A stretch of 63,980 nucleotides of DNA from Paraspadella gotoi (Eukaryota; Animalia; Chaetognatha). Position 1 is the first letter of the stretch. Every line of letters begins with the position of its first letter. The DNA lies in assembly GCA_051294375.1 (NCBI GenBank), contig CM119269.1, positions 8,367,245 through 8,431,224 of the forward strand. Reading direction: 5' to 3'. This document shows, piece by piece, positions 1 through 17,750 of the stretch. A program made the position numbers and the translations under genes. The notes under the pieces were generated by a model, which saw nothing but the letters and a program-made list of their open reading frames with translations, searched no databases and had not been told where the DNA came from.

Positions 1-736
1 GAAATTATGGTTTTTTTTTACTCTTTTCATCGCTTTTCACGGCTTAACTATGATCGAGAATCTCAAAATCGAAAATCTATTCATTCACTCGAGTCAAATC
101 GACCGCAGACGATCGAATATTTTATGTCTCTCGCGTAAAGAGATAAGTTTTGTCTTAACTTAACTTACCCTGACAGCTTCAATCCTTTCTCGCCCCGCAT
201 CCTACCCTCTATGTTTCACTCTTACAATCTCACCATCTCTCACCAATCGACCTCAAATCTCACCTCAGTTCACCTCGCTCACCCTTGATCTTTATTTCTC
301 ACCTCCATCACACCTTTTAGTCCACCATCTCAACCCCACGTTACAGCCGACCCTTTTATGAGTACAGATCATCAAGATGTACTAAAGATGAGCATATGTA
401 TTATTTGACAACGGAAAACAAATTAATAAAGTTATTAAAATTATTTAAATTTTAAGTAAAAGAAACATTAATAAAGCAATATTAAATTTAAAATAAAAGG
501 ACCTCAGTAGAATTTGTGGAAAATAACTTGTCCAAAATAAACTATAGATTTATACCTATAAATAAATATGTATTCAAATATAACATTGTTGATTTTTAAA
601 AATAAAATTCTCTTTAATACTATCTATCTTCCCGCTTTCCTGCGCATGACAGCCTGTATGACATCCCGCGTTTTTTCACTGTGAATTTCACAAGAATCGA
701 TTAATTATGATCGCTTATCGATTCCAACGATAGAAT

Positions 737-1025
737 ATGAAGGAAAGAACGAAGGAACGAACGAAGGAACGAAGGAAAGAACGAAGGAACGAAGGAACGA
801 AGGAACGANNNNNNNNNNNNNNNNNNNNNNNNNNNNNNNNNNNNNNNNNNNNNNNNNNNNNNNNNNNNNNNNNNNNNNNNNNNNNNNNNNNNNNNNNNNN
901 NNNNNNNNNNNNNNNNNNNNNNNNNNNNNNNNNNNNNNNNNNNNNNNNNNNNNNNNNNNNNNNNNNNNNNNNNNNNNNNNNNNNNNNACGAACGAACGAA
1001 CGAACGAACGAACGAACGAACGAAC
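737..1025. repeat. (GAAC/GAAG)n microsatellite spanning an N gap (809-987)
   Basis: acgaaggaacga... before the gap and (acga)n after it, read directly. Confidence 0.95.
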
Positions 1026-1438
1026 TTAACTTAAGATCCTCATGAAACCGCGATTTTCCCAAACCACGTCGTTGCCTCTCTTTCAGTTCAGCCTTCGAAA
1101 TGAAAACACAAATAAATTGTCTTTCGGAAAAATCTTAGCGCAAGTTTTTTTTTCGCTGATGCAGCAAAGCGACCGCCAAAGCAGAGCAGAGCCGCGGGGC
1201 CGCAGCTCGTGAGCAGGGATACATGGGGAGGCGGGGAGGGAGACTGGATGGGGAGCGAGAGGGAGCAGAGAGACAGACGAGAGAGAGAGAGAGAGAGAGA
1301 GAGAAGAGAGAAGAGAGAGAGAGAGGGAGATGCGCAGGACGTCCCGCGAGGTGAAGAGACACATTGGATGCGATGGAACGAAAAATGGAGGAAAAAAACG
1401 AGGAGAGAAAAAGGAAAGGTATGGAGAGAAAGAAAGAT

Positions 1439-1479
<41 letters not shown>

Positions 1480-2701
1480 CCGGAACGAGGAGAGAAACAT
1501 CGCAAGAGAAGAGAATTATGAGCCGCACAGTATCGACTTGGGCATTTACAGTATGAGGTTCAATACTGGTTCTTGTATGTACGATGGTGTTGGAAAAAGC
1601 CTTTTCGGATTTGTGCCAAACCGTCGAGACATAAGCCCTTTTAGAATAGCACAACATTTAAAAGTTAAAATCCGTGTTTAATTCTGTGAATAAAAAACTA
1701 ATTTGAATATAATGTACAGAGAGATTTTAAAGGCGAAGCAATTAGAAAACAAAAAACAGCAGATGGCGCAAAATCTAGATATTTTAAGATTTTGCAACAA
1801 AAACAAAAACGGGGATTTTATATCCGAGGGAAAACAAAATAGCAACGATCTGGAATTCGATGTTTATATTTATTTTTATAATTCTTTCTAAAGAAAGTCG
1901 AGAAATAAGAAATAATTTGATAGAAATAATGTAACAATGTTATATTTTCTAGACTTCTTTGATAGTAAATTTTACAGCCTTTTCTATGTTCTCTTCTTTA
2001 CGAGGAAGTGAAAATGCTTTGACATCATCTTGCATATATGAGGATATATATGATATTATATGAATTCGATAATTCGTATTTTGGAATCGTAATCATATCA
2101 CCCAAATACAAATCAAAGTTGCCTCTAATTGCGTCGCAAGAGAATCAACCTCACCTAAAACGGAACCGGAAATGATAGTAATGATAGTAATACTATAGGT
2201 TATTAATATTTTTAACTTGCACAGACACAGACAAAAACCTTTGGGTCTCGAATAAAACCAAGACAACTGCGACTAATGTTTCAATATTTCGAATATAATC
2301 TCTCATTTAATTCCTTCATATGGTTTTTCAAAGCGAAGGATTAAAAATAAATTTAAAAAAAACAATTTTTTTATGTTTTTTTTTTTTTTTCAAAAATCGA
2401 CTTATTCTCTGTTGGCATCTGCGCAGAATCTGAAGCCAATTTGTGAAACGAAACGAAAGGGATTTTTTTTGTCTCCTCTAAACTAGAGTCGAGAGTCTAG
2501 AGTCGAGAGTCTACTAGAGTCTAGTTTGTTTAACGTAATTATTCCTTTCGATTGAGGTTTAAAATAATCAATAGATTCCAAAGACGGTCAAACGCTAAAG
2601 TAGTCAATCATGCCATCATTTATTAATTCAATCATTCGGTCATTCAATCCACTATGTAGTACAAGAAATCCTTAAATCATCTAATTAATTAATAAAAATC
2701 G

Positions 2702-2702
2702 A

Positions 2703-2757
<55 letters not shown>

Positions 2758-2758
2758 G

Positions 2759-2845
<87 letters not shown>
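2702..2845. repeat. (AAAT)n microsatellite
   Basis: Near-perfect aaat run. Confidence 0.97.
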
Positions 2846-2964
2846 AGAAATAAAAAAATAAATTAGAAATAAGAAATCAATTTAAAAAAAAAATTTTTAA
2901 AAAAATAAATAAAAAAAAAAGAGAAAAAAAAATATATAAATTATTTAATAAATTAATTAATAAG

Positions 2965-3136
2965 AGACAGGGCTAATAGGTACTCTGGGAGTGAATAAAC
3001 GAGACTGTGAGAGAGTCTGATTGAAAGCTTGCAGGGACTGCATTGTCATTATCTTGTAAGAGTGATGGAGGCCTTAACCACCAAAGCCTGTCCAAAGTCA
3101 GGGGCAAGATAGCTTATTGTATTAAATGAAATGATA
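2965..3136 (+). mobile_element. SINE-like repeat (body plus shared 3' tail), interrupted by the HINE; tail resumes at ~5579-5602
   Basis: actgtgagagagtctgattgaaagcttgcaggg also occurs at ~54997. cctgtccaaagtcaggggcaagatagctt also occurs at ~25391. The terminal atattggttgtaccaatttcata follows at 5579. Confidence 0.7.
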
Positions 3137-4696
3137 ATTATCGAGCCTTGACCGGCGAAGCCGGGTCAGGCTCTATAATGTTTTAGGGTTGCTTCTTTGT
3201 GACGTAGTCGTCGTCGTCGTCGTCGTCGGTCGTCCGTCACGCTGTTTTAATATATAAAAAACTACTACGCTTTTATAGGTTTGGCTGTGACTTTACCGTT
3301 TTTTTTAAAATAAAAATTATTATGAATTATGATAAAGTTACAAAGGGCGATCATAGTAAGTTAAAAATTAGATTGGCTTTTCGTCTTGAAATAGCTGTGA
3401 TATTTTCATATTACATTTGGATTTAAGTATTTTTTGTTTGAATTTCCACTTCATTAATGATTTACTGCAATATGCAAATGAGATTAAAGTACTCCTTATA
3501 ATATCCAAATTAGTATATAGAAATGCCTTAATCTAATTTACATATTGCCGTTATATATTGAAGATGAAATTCCAAAAATTTGTTTTTAAATTTTAATAAA
3601 AATGGGAACTCAAAGATTTTTTAAATGAGAAGCTATATCTTAATTTGAATACAATATAAATTAAATCTTTTACAAGCTGCGATTGGAAAAAATTTGAAAA
3701 ATTTCCAATTGTAAACATGTAACATATTTTTTGCCTTTCCTTTTATTCTTTAAATTATATATAGATTTTCTTTCCTATATTTGTCATTGCTGCTTTTTCT
3801 GAACCCTTAAAAACCGAGTTCAGGTTCTGCAGTGACTGTTCAGATGGCTTCCAGCTTTCTCTCTTCTGCTCTTTTGTCTCTCTTTTTCTCTTTCTGTTCT
3901 CTTTCTCTCTCTTCTGTCTTCTGTCTCCTCTCACTCTGTACGACGTTCGTTTTTTTAAAAAATTCTGATTATTTTTTTCCTTCTTCAAACTTTTATTATC
4001 GCCATTTATTCCGCGCCTTTTTTTTTCAATACAAAATCCCCAATTATATCTGAGATAATTGGAAAGAATTCGGCTTTTTCTCTTCTTCTTTTTCTTTCTC
4101 TCTCTCCTCTCTCTCTCTTATTATTATTTTTTTAAAAAAATGAAGAATAACTTTAATGATATGCATTATCACATATAAATCAGCTAATGTGACCTATTAT
4201 ATATGCAGCACTTTCGCCGATAATATAATTGCATGCATCAATTATAAAAAAAAAATTGTTTTTTTTTATTATTGCAACTTTGGACCGGTTGGCCACTCAC
4301 TTGGCAATTATATCTAAAATAGGAGTTGATAAGAGAGAATATAGTCAAATTAAACATTACCTTTTTTGTTATTCTGATAATTGTACTATTTTAAATTTTA
4401 TAAATATTTTTAGCTGTATATTACTCATTTTAACTTTTTTTAATAATAATTATTGAGTTGTGGATAATTATTTATATTAATTAAATATGAAAATATTTAA
4501 ATTTGACCTTCGGTCTGGTTTTCTTCCTCAAAAAAAGAACAATCTTTTTCCTCTCTATCTCTCTCTCTCTCTCTCATCTTCTCTCTCTCTCTTCTCTCTC
4601 TCTTTCTCTCTCTTTTTTTTTCCTTCTAAAAACTTTTATTTATCGCCATTTATTCCAAGATTTTCGTGGATTTTTTCCTTCTAAAACTTTTATTAT

Positions 4697-8506
<3,810 letters not shown>

Positions 8507-11500
8507 TATTATATATATTCGCCACGGTATGGACGCCTCCGCCACGGGACACAAGGCGTGGCAAAACTCTTGTAAAAATTAAGAGACTCGTCTTTCCAAA
8601 TAGAAACGAAGGCCTCTTAGATTTGAGCTTTGAGAGTTTTGACTGCAAAGACCCGACGCTGGAAGCAAAGGAAAATTAGTACTTTAATATTTAATATGCT
8701 TTAGTATTTCTTTGACTTTATCTAAGTATGGTCATTGGACGGAGAGCCGACAATTGTTAAGATATGGAAACCATGATATTTTTAGTTAGAAATGGCTAAT
8801 TCTTTGTTTAATTACTAGGTTTGAAACTTAGTCAACATGTTACCGTTGGTTCTACCATCTGGCTCTATTGTCTTATAAAGGTCTTAACTTAGGCAAAGCT
8901 AGAGTTTCGATAGCGCGCTAACATATATTTAATAATTCTCCGCCGACCCATTAACATTTCAAACAATTTGGCAATTCAGTAAACTAACATTAAACTAATG
9001 ATATAATAATAAAAAACTAAATACGCGCTCTATACGAGACACCTCAGTTAAAAAGGTGAACATTTTTGCCACACCGCCGTGCGAGAACAGCTGGTTACTG
9101 GGGTGGCACATAACTTTTTGGGTCGAGACTTGGCGGGGAAGCCCTATCTCTCGGCCTTACAATTACATTTTTTTGATCACTGCCTTGCGCGAAAAGAGCG
9201 GCAAAGTGAATCCAAGTTAGATACGGGCTCGCCCTTCTGGACAGAGTTCGTGATAGACCTAGCCGGCGATTTAAAAGCCAAACCCGGCCGAAAAAAAAAA
9301 AAAAAAAAAAGCCAAACCCGCGGAATTAAGCCAAACCCGTGCGAATAAAGCCAACTGTTGGCGAAAAAGCCCGGCTGCTGCAAGATTAATTTAAAAAAAA
9401 AAAAACTCAATTCACTTGTGCCTTATAAAGAAGTTAACTTTTGTGCCTAATAAAATAAAAAATTTCGTTATTACAAATTGATTAAAATAAACAAACTCTA
9501 TTTGCCAATTTTGATTATATTAAATAAATCAATGAAAAACGTCCGTTTTGTAAGTTCTAAAAAAAATGAAATCCTATTAGGATATTTTTCGGATCCGATT
9601 CATGTACAGAGAGGGGAGTTGAGATATTATGTCGCCCAATTAGCGGAAAGGGGGTTGACACATTTTTTAGAAGATTTGCAAAATTCTGGCAAAATATTGA
9701 CCCGACGCCGGGACGTTGTTGCTGAGGAAAAAAATACCAGCGTCAGCTCCTAAAACGGGGGCAAAGCAGTTGAAAGATTTTAATTAAGCGGGAGACGAAG
9801 CTGGACTCAGATCGCGTTACATGGTCCTTGATGGAGTTAAACATGCCTTTCAAGGAGTTCCAGAATACCGATTTTCATCCGCAATCACGAACGCCGACTC
9901 GTCCGGCACCGCTCATCCCCGCTGCATCAGTTCCTCGCGTGACCGTGTTCCGCCCATTTCCGTTTGCGTCAAACTAAAAGGTTTTTCTGCGATTAACATA
10001 CGTTCCGACATTGGTGGAAGATATTGTACCTTATGGCCATCACCACATAGCTCAATCTCAACATTGTATTGCTCACCCAAACCACCACCGGGCAATTGGT
10101 AAGGTTCTTCCCGTTTCCGCGTGTCCGACAGTCACCTTGTTCCGACAGTCCCGCGACGTCATCGCCAAAACGAGCCGGTCAGTGGCGTCTAACGCATCCA
10201 GAGCATCGCAGAAGCATCGACTGATAGAGAAAGCCAAACCGCGGAGGAAAGAGATCGACTGAATTTGGAACGCCTGCAGGTAGAGTTTGAAAGTAAACAA
10301 AAACAATTAAGCTGGAAATAGAAGAAAAACGAAAACAATAGAAATTACGAAAAAAACAGAGAGAAATAGAAATCAAGAGAGCTTGAAATTGATGAAGAGG
10401 GATGGATAGGGAACATGATTTTCGATGGTCTTCAACTTAACTCACGTTGAAAACCACCGTTGTTGAAACACCACATTGGAGCACGTGTGATTGCCGACGA
10501 TTTCAGCCGATGGCACTGGTTCCATTCGTAGTCCGGCGCCGCCTTCCCGAGATGTTGCAGTTGTCGCCCGATTAGGACCCATTATCCAACAGGTTACCTA
10601 TCGCCTTTGGCCAATTGCGCAACAGCCGGTTGTAGTATGATGACCCACCTTTGATCTCCCGTCCCACGAGTACCTACGGCCGGTGCCACCTCGATGACAT
10701 CTTCATTGCCGGCGCCACTTTCAGTGGCGTCATCGGCCCACATGGACGCTTTGTTCAGTGGGCCGTTATCACGACGACGCAGTCCCCAACAATGCCACTT
10801 ACAGGTCGTCGCCATTCGTCGGCGCCCACTTCGGTGACAGCGCCTTTTGTTCACGTCGCCTGTAGTGACATCGCTATCATCGGCCAGCGCCGCTTTCCGT
10901 TGATACAGCCTTCAAATGCGCCGCCTTAGTAGTGTTGCCCGACACCCATAGTGACACCGCAAGTTCCTTCCACTCCACCTGTTAATGATCCAATGACGCA
11001 ATTGTGTTCGATTACCAAATGCAACATTCAGGGCAATATGTTGATAGAAGACAGAAAAGACCAAAACACAAATTCAATGGAGACAAAAAAAGTTTGACTT
11101 TGAAGCTCAATAAACCTTTTTGATTCACTCGCCAATATAGATGGTATCACTGACGGAAAGTGATGTTCGCTGAATTGAAAGAATATTTCGCAGGAGACGC
11201 TCTTCACATCATAGGTCAGTATGAAGCATCGGGAAATTTTTCAGAGTCACTAAAAAAGGCCAAAAAAAGAGATTTAAATTCGAATTTCGGAAAAAGATCT
11301 CACCACGGCTAGACAGATGTTAGAGGAGTGGTTAAAAGGAGGAAAAATCACAAACAAAGATCCAGCAACCATATAAAACCGCTTGTTCTCGAACTGGAAA
11401 AGACTTTACAGATGGGGGGCCTGGGGGCCCCAAAAAATTACGGGCCGCGCGGCAGGATTTTGGTACTCACGAGACTTACAATGAGATTCTTATCAAAAGG

Positions 11501-14500
11501 TTTCCTCAAGTGGCAACGATTGGCGCTAAGAAGATGCGCAGACAGACAACCGCCAAGTGGATGATGAAAATAGACCGATTTGTCCAACTGATCATTGACC
11601 CTAGTTTGACGAATTTTCTTCGTTTCCTGAAAAGACAAATAAAGATTCAAGGAAAACCGAAGTCGTCATCTTTCGGAAACAACGACGACTACGACGACAA
11701 CCGATGACTAAGACTCTGAACTCAAACCTTAGAAATCTAAATTTTTCTCGCAACAGTTCATCTGCCAATGTATCTGCCAGTGTTGATACAACTACTTTCA
11801 AATCCAAACTCGAATCAAGCCACCCATGCCTCCCAGATCGCCATCATCACCAAAATGTGCCTTTTGTAACCAAGCGTCACCAAATCTGCGTGAAATGTAA
11901 AAAGTACCTTAGACTTGAGCCTTTGAAGCCAAGATGACACTACTAAGAAGAGAAGTGTTTGGTTACTGTTGTCTTGCAATTTGGACATGTTGCAGCCCGC
12001 TGTCAAAAGATGATCGGGTGCAAGGACTTGTGGGAGATCGACACCACGTTTCGATCCACCCCCAAGCCAATCGACTCCTCTGACTCTCGGCGGCGTATGC
12101 CACGGCGGGGCTTTCCGCCAATTGTTCCGGTTGTTCGTTTCGAACGGGCAAATAAGGCACTTGACATATGCCATGTTGGACAGTGGAGCGACACGCTCTG
12201 CAGGTTTCATCTAGGATAGTGAGTTTATTTGAAAGCAGAACCATATACCACTTTTCACAAATTTAAACAACTTATGATACAGTTTCCAGGATGCTGGAGA
12301 GATTATGTTGACCTTACCATCGGCGGGCATTAGATGGATACAAATGAAAACCAATCTTAAAAAGATTCTTGTAGGTGACATACTTACACTGAAAATGAAC
12401 AAAACCCTGTAGAAACGAAGATATTTTTGATTATTATTATATGGAAGGGGTCAAATTTGAACGGAGCTCGACGCACGATGCCGTGGGATTTGATTCTTGA
12501 TTGCTCGCTTATGCTACCACTGTGGGTTGGAGGCGAGTGAGAAATGGAACAATTAGGCCAACGACGGCCCTCAAAACGTCCTTGGATGGACCTGATCGCG
12601 GGGCATCTGACTCTTGTGAAAATGAAGGAGCTCATAATTTGTGCATCTGACTCTTCAGAATCTTGAAAAAACTTGAATACCTAATTAAGCACTATGTTTA
12701 AGCATGATTTTATCTAACAGGAGATGAGGAGATACCCCTCAGAGGTAACCCACCCTCTGCCACAAGATCTTTAAATGCCGATTTAAGCAACTTGAAGACT
12801 GGAATGTAGAAAAGAAATCCAGTGACGTGACATTATACATTGCTCCCTTCACCTGGAAGAAGGGACGAGAAAAGGACGGCAGAGCTACTTTTGAAACAGT
12901 TAAAGAAGATTCTATTAAAAATGCAAAAAAACCGGGCCAGAAAGACGGCCCAAAAGATGAGACAAGATCAAGTCTTGCGAGATGGAGTCTTCAAAACGAT
13001 GGAGGAAACCACGAGATGGACCATTCAAGGAAAGTACTAGTAGACACTTTTGGAAAAAGGGTCACCTGAATTTCTATACACCCCCTTCTGTCGTCACCTC
13101 GTCCGGACAAGCCCGGAAATTTTAGGATCTGTCAAGATGCCGCGTCGAAAGGTCAAAGGCTCCTCCATTGAATGATCAATTAATTCCTGGACCCTGACAA
13201 TTTAACTCCACTGCTCGGAATTCTTTTCAAATTTAGAAGAAAGAAGTTACCCTGGCCGCAGATATAAAAACTCTTCTTTCATCAAATAGGGAACTTGATG
13301 CCTAAAACATTGGAGCCATTAGATACTCTTTTAACAAAGAACAGACAATGACGACTTTAGAAAAACATGAACCTTGGTTCACATCTTTGGTGGAAGCAGG
13401 AAGCACCTGGTGTATCCACATTCGTTCTACAGTTATCATGGGAAAATCGATTGAGGTATTAAATTTTCACCAGAAATTATCATTGCCCTTTTCTTAAAAT
13501 ATCCCTATGTTGCAGACTATCTTGATTCCTTAAGATGGAATAAAAGAAGCAAGAAAAATGAGAAAGGAACTACTGAGGCATTTGAAGTTTGGGAGGCTTT
13601 GGAACTTCGGAAAATGGGCAGTCTTCCCATCCTTGAAGCTCTTGCAGACACTGACGAGGAAGCTCCGCCGCTAAATTGCAATGCTGCGACAGTTGATGGT
13701 GAATTGATTGATGACCTTGAAACTCTTGCTGAAAATGCTTTGCCTGCAGACCCGTCCTGAAGGCGAATTTGCCGACCCAAAGTTTTGGGAAGCAGGTTAT
13801 AATTTATTGTGCATGACGTTCTATATTCATTAGAATTACCGGGAAGGTTGAAAAGTAAGTTAAAAACCAGAAGAGAAATTGTGGCGTTTAATCGCATCAG
13901 TCTTTGATCCCATGGGTGTTGCATCGCAGTATATTATAAAAGGAGAAATGTTAGCTCAAAAAGTATGTAACCAAAAAATGAATGGAATGCAAAAATTACC
14001 TGATGACCATTTACAAAGAATTTGATAAATGGAGAAAAAGGCATTTACCTCTTAAAGAAACTGAGAATTCCACGATGGACCTCTCTTGATCGGTTAGCAG
14101 TGACGAAAACTACGCTAATAGTGTGTTGCGACGCCTCCCTTGAAGGATATGGAGCAGTAGGCCTACATTGAAGAAGGGAAATGGAGTTAAGTGGGAGACA
14201 GAACAATTTCAATTTGTCTATGCACAGCTTCATGTTGTACCATCACAAATGCAGAGAATAAAAATTCCAGGTCAAAATTGAGCATGGCGACAGCAGCCCG
14301 TCTTGAGTTGAAACTCTGCTCGTCTGCTGCGCAGATGCGCTGACACCATCATCAGAGAATCTGGAGAGAAATATTCGGACGAAGTTGTTGATGATGCTGA
14401 CCCGACTCATCCAACTGTCTGCAATGGATACAGAGTTGGACCAAACGATTCCGCAACATCTGAAAATTTTAGATTAAAAGCAATTCGCTCACCTTACTCA

Positions 14501-16853
14501 AAATAACTGACTGGGGACACATTCCAGGAGAGATGGAATCCCGCGGATTATACCAGTAAGCAGGACTTGAAGCAGGAGATGTGGAAGAAATGGAAAATTT
14601 TTCATGAAGGACCAGAATGGCAATGAGAACGCCCCGAGAAGTTTGGCCATATCCAAAGGACCCTGAAAAGATAAAAAGGCCAACAAAACTAAAGAACCAG
14701 GAAATTAAATGAAGTCCATTAAAGACAGTGCCTTCTCACCTGATAGCACTGGCGCTGACAATGCTACAATGAGAATACCCAGCTGTTACCCTGAGGATGA
14801 CGGTGAAGAGGCTTGGCCATTGAGAATGAACACAAAAACTAGGTGAATGCGATTGAAAAAAGTTGACGTAGAGTAGCCTATTTTCTAAAATTGTCAAGAA
14901 ATCGCGTGAATATCTGAAAAAAAGAAAAATAAAGCAAATTTAAAAAAACATCATGTTAGATAACAAAAGTGTTCGTTACGCAAAAGTAATCCTAATACGC
15001 AGCTGTGCAAAAACAAAGGCACTTTAAAAGGAATTATTTTGAGCTCGTAAAGTTTAGGAGTCAGTTCACCAGATGCACATAAGGAACTTAGAAGGCCGAA
15101 GTTCCAAGATCACGATGTTGAACCCGTTTGTTGACGCAGGATGGTTGCCTGAGAACAGGGAGGGCGCCTCAGCAATGCAACAAAGCACCTACTTACGAAA
15201 TTGAAAATTCCAGCTGATCCTCCCAAAAATATGCATTGAAGTCGTCAAACTCAAATTATTTGAAGATGAACATTCAAGCACTGATGGCATGCCCGGGAAC
15301 AGGGAGCCACATTCCATTCTTTAAACAGAAATATATTTTGCTTGGGAGGCCGGCAAGCAGGTTGAAACCAAGAGTGGAGAAAATTGCATCACATGTCGAG
15401 GTTATTTAAACTACCCACTCCACAGAAAAATGGCAGATCTTCCCATATATCGAGCTTGATCCCACTAATTCCCTTTTCGAAAACACTGGCTCGAACGTCT
15501 TTGGACCCTTTCAGTTAAGATGGCAGGCAGAGGAATGAACAAGAAAAACGTGCTATTAAGTTAACTTGTTTAGCCACAGAGCAGTCGGTTCTTTGAGACA
15601 TTAAAAAGAGTATTCTCTGTCAACTGAGCTCAGTTTCTTAATGCCCTCATTCGTGTCAAAAGTTCATTTCCTGGTTCTGAGAGAATAATATCTGGACAAT
15701 GCACTAAACTCTCACAGGTGCTGCAAACGACTCTAAGAAAAAACAATGCGAAAACTGAAAGACGATAAAAAATTTAATGACAAAATTACATTGAGAGAAT
15801 AGAATGGACATCGGTCCCACCTTAACACACCTTCATGGTGCGGGAGGATTGGGAAAGACTTGTTACGATCGACGAAAAAACATATTGCAGCAGCAATTGC
15901 CGCGAGCAACCCGACCTTGGACACTTTCAATACAAATCCTTTGTGGAGATTTCATCGATCTTAAATAAAAAGACCACTTACCTATGCTTTCCTCAGATCC
16001 ACATGAACCAAATAGTTTTGTCGCCAATGAACTTTCTTCTACCCATACCTGCTTCCCCTGCAAGCATTAAACCTATACCCCATGCACCGTCACTGAAGGA
16101 GACACCATGAGGGCAAACATGGCGTACAAGCAGAGAAACTGCGGACGATTTTGGCGCGAGATGGACTGGCCGAGTACATAAACACATCTACATAGAGAAA
16201 ATAAATGGATGAAATCAAAACGCATTGATTTGAAAAATCAATATCAACCTCGTAATAATTACTGAACCAAATACCCACGAACACTTGGCGCACAGGAATC
16301 ATTATGGAAAACTAGCGGCAATGGATCCAAATGACAGAGAAGCATATTCAAATTACCTAATGGAAAAACATGTCGACGTCACAAAAAATACTCTCGTACA
16401 CTTGAAGTAAATTAAAAAATTGCAATAAGAATATTAAAATACTTACCCTGTTTAAGATTTCAGTTCCTGAAAAAAAAAACAAAAAAAAAAACAAAACAAA
16501 ACAAAACAAATAATCAACTAAACATTTGATTTAATGTTGAATAAACGCAAAGCCCATGATTTTCAAGCAAGGCAACAGTCGTCCGTTAAAAAAACGCTTA
16601 CCCACTATTGTGCGCATAACGAGCAAACGTCTTCTTCTGTTAAAATTCTGATTTTTGGAAAAGTCATTTGAGTGATTTTTTTTTTATCCTCGGAGAACAA
16701 GTCATCACCTAATGGAAAGAAGAACTTCATTTATTTACTCCATGCAGAAGATGATGACTTTAAATGAAGAGGATGTTACGTCTTGGATCCCCAACAAAAG
16801 GAATGAAAAAAAACTTATATTCACTGAGGAGGGTACGGAGATCGGAGCAGCAC

Positions 16854-16884
<31 letters not shown>

Positions 16885-17750
16885 ATTAAAATAATTAAAA
16901 ATCTCAAAACGTTTTAAAACAGAAAGCAGGAAGGCTTCCTCAAGAAAACTCCATCAAAGGAAAATTCACCTCACAGCTGGCGCTCACGGACCCTAGCATT
17001 CCACTGAATCCTGGGAAGCGGCGATGAGTACGCTTTTGCAGCCACCATTGGAACGAAAAGGAAAAAATACCAACAATTTATTCAGAGAATTAAGAGAGAA
17101 ACCTGGTGGCGGGTGGCGAAGCGGCGAGCTGGACGAAGAGAAGCTTATGAGCGGTTCTTGTAAAGAATTTGGTGGAAAAAGGAAAGGAAGACGCGAACAA
17201 CCTGCTCACCAAAGGATAGTCCACCACCACAAGAGGTGGGAACAATGCTTAAGCCAGTGATTGCAGCAACGAAGAAATAAAAAACAGAGCAAGCAGTTAA
17301 AGTCCAGACGGGCAGCCAACACACGAGCCTTCAAATAGAAAGAGATTTGGAGGGAGAATTAGAGCTGAGAGAAACAAGCTTCTGAAAGAATTGGATGGCC
17401 ATAAGGAACGGGTACTGAGTCTAGAAACTGAGAGCTGAGCGCATAGCAGAAGGTACGGCAGAATGAAAAAGGAAAGCACTAAAACACCAAAATTCGAGAG
17501 AAAGAGGCCAAGTTCAGAGGCAAGGGACTACGAACGTGAGGAGCTGACCGGAGATGGTCAGAAAGTTTAAGACAATACGGGAGAGAACAACGCGTTGTCG
17601 CAGACACAAGATACATTAAAGAAAACCGGTACGAACTTGTGCGCGAGTCCAGAATTAAATTAGGATCAAGTTATAACTTTATGCTGAATTTTATATTGAA
17701 TTAACTTTAAAAAAAAAAAAAAAAAAGAAAACAAACCTCATGATTAAGAT
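8507..17750 (+). mobile_element. BEL/Pao LTR retrotransposon, gag-pol heavily frameshifted; LTR limits not resolved
   Basis: Hand translation across frameshifts gives a Gag KFNGD motif (~11070) and CCHC knuckles (~11820-12050). RT: RPDKPG.FRICQDAASK..GSSLNDQLIPGP (~13100-13195) and LAADIKN..HQI (~13250). Pao-type RNase H: VCCDASLEGYGAV (~14120), PRLEL, DSSNCLQWI, NPADYTS. Integrase: LNPFVD..RTGGRLSNA, QKMADLP, FGPF, WERLV, VEISSILN, LSPMNFLLP (15118-16050). Domain order gag-PR-RT-RH-IN. Confidence 0.88.

Noticed and set aside
169-201. Possible 33-nt minus-strand exon (DAGRERIEAVR|gtaagt)
   Set aside because: Isolated at the window edge with a poor polypyrimidine tract and no partner exons.
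9820-9836. ca|TGGTCCTTGA as a tRNA-Tyr PBS of the BEL element
   Set aside because: Only ~8 nt match, the upstream sequence looks coding, and no matching 3' LTR was found, so it is left unresolved.
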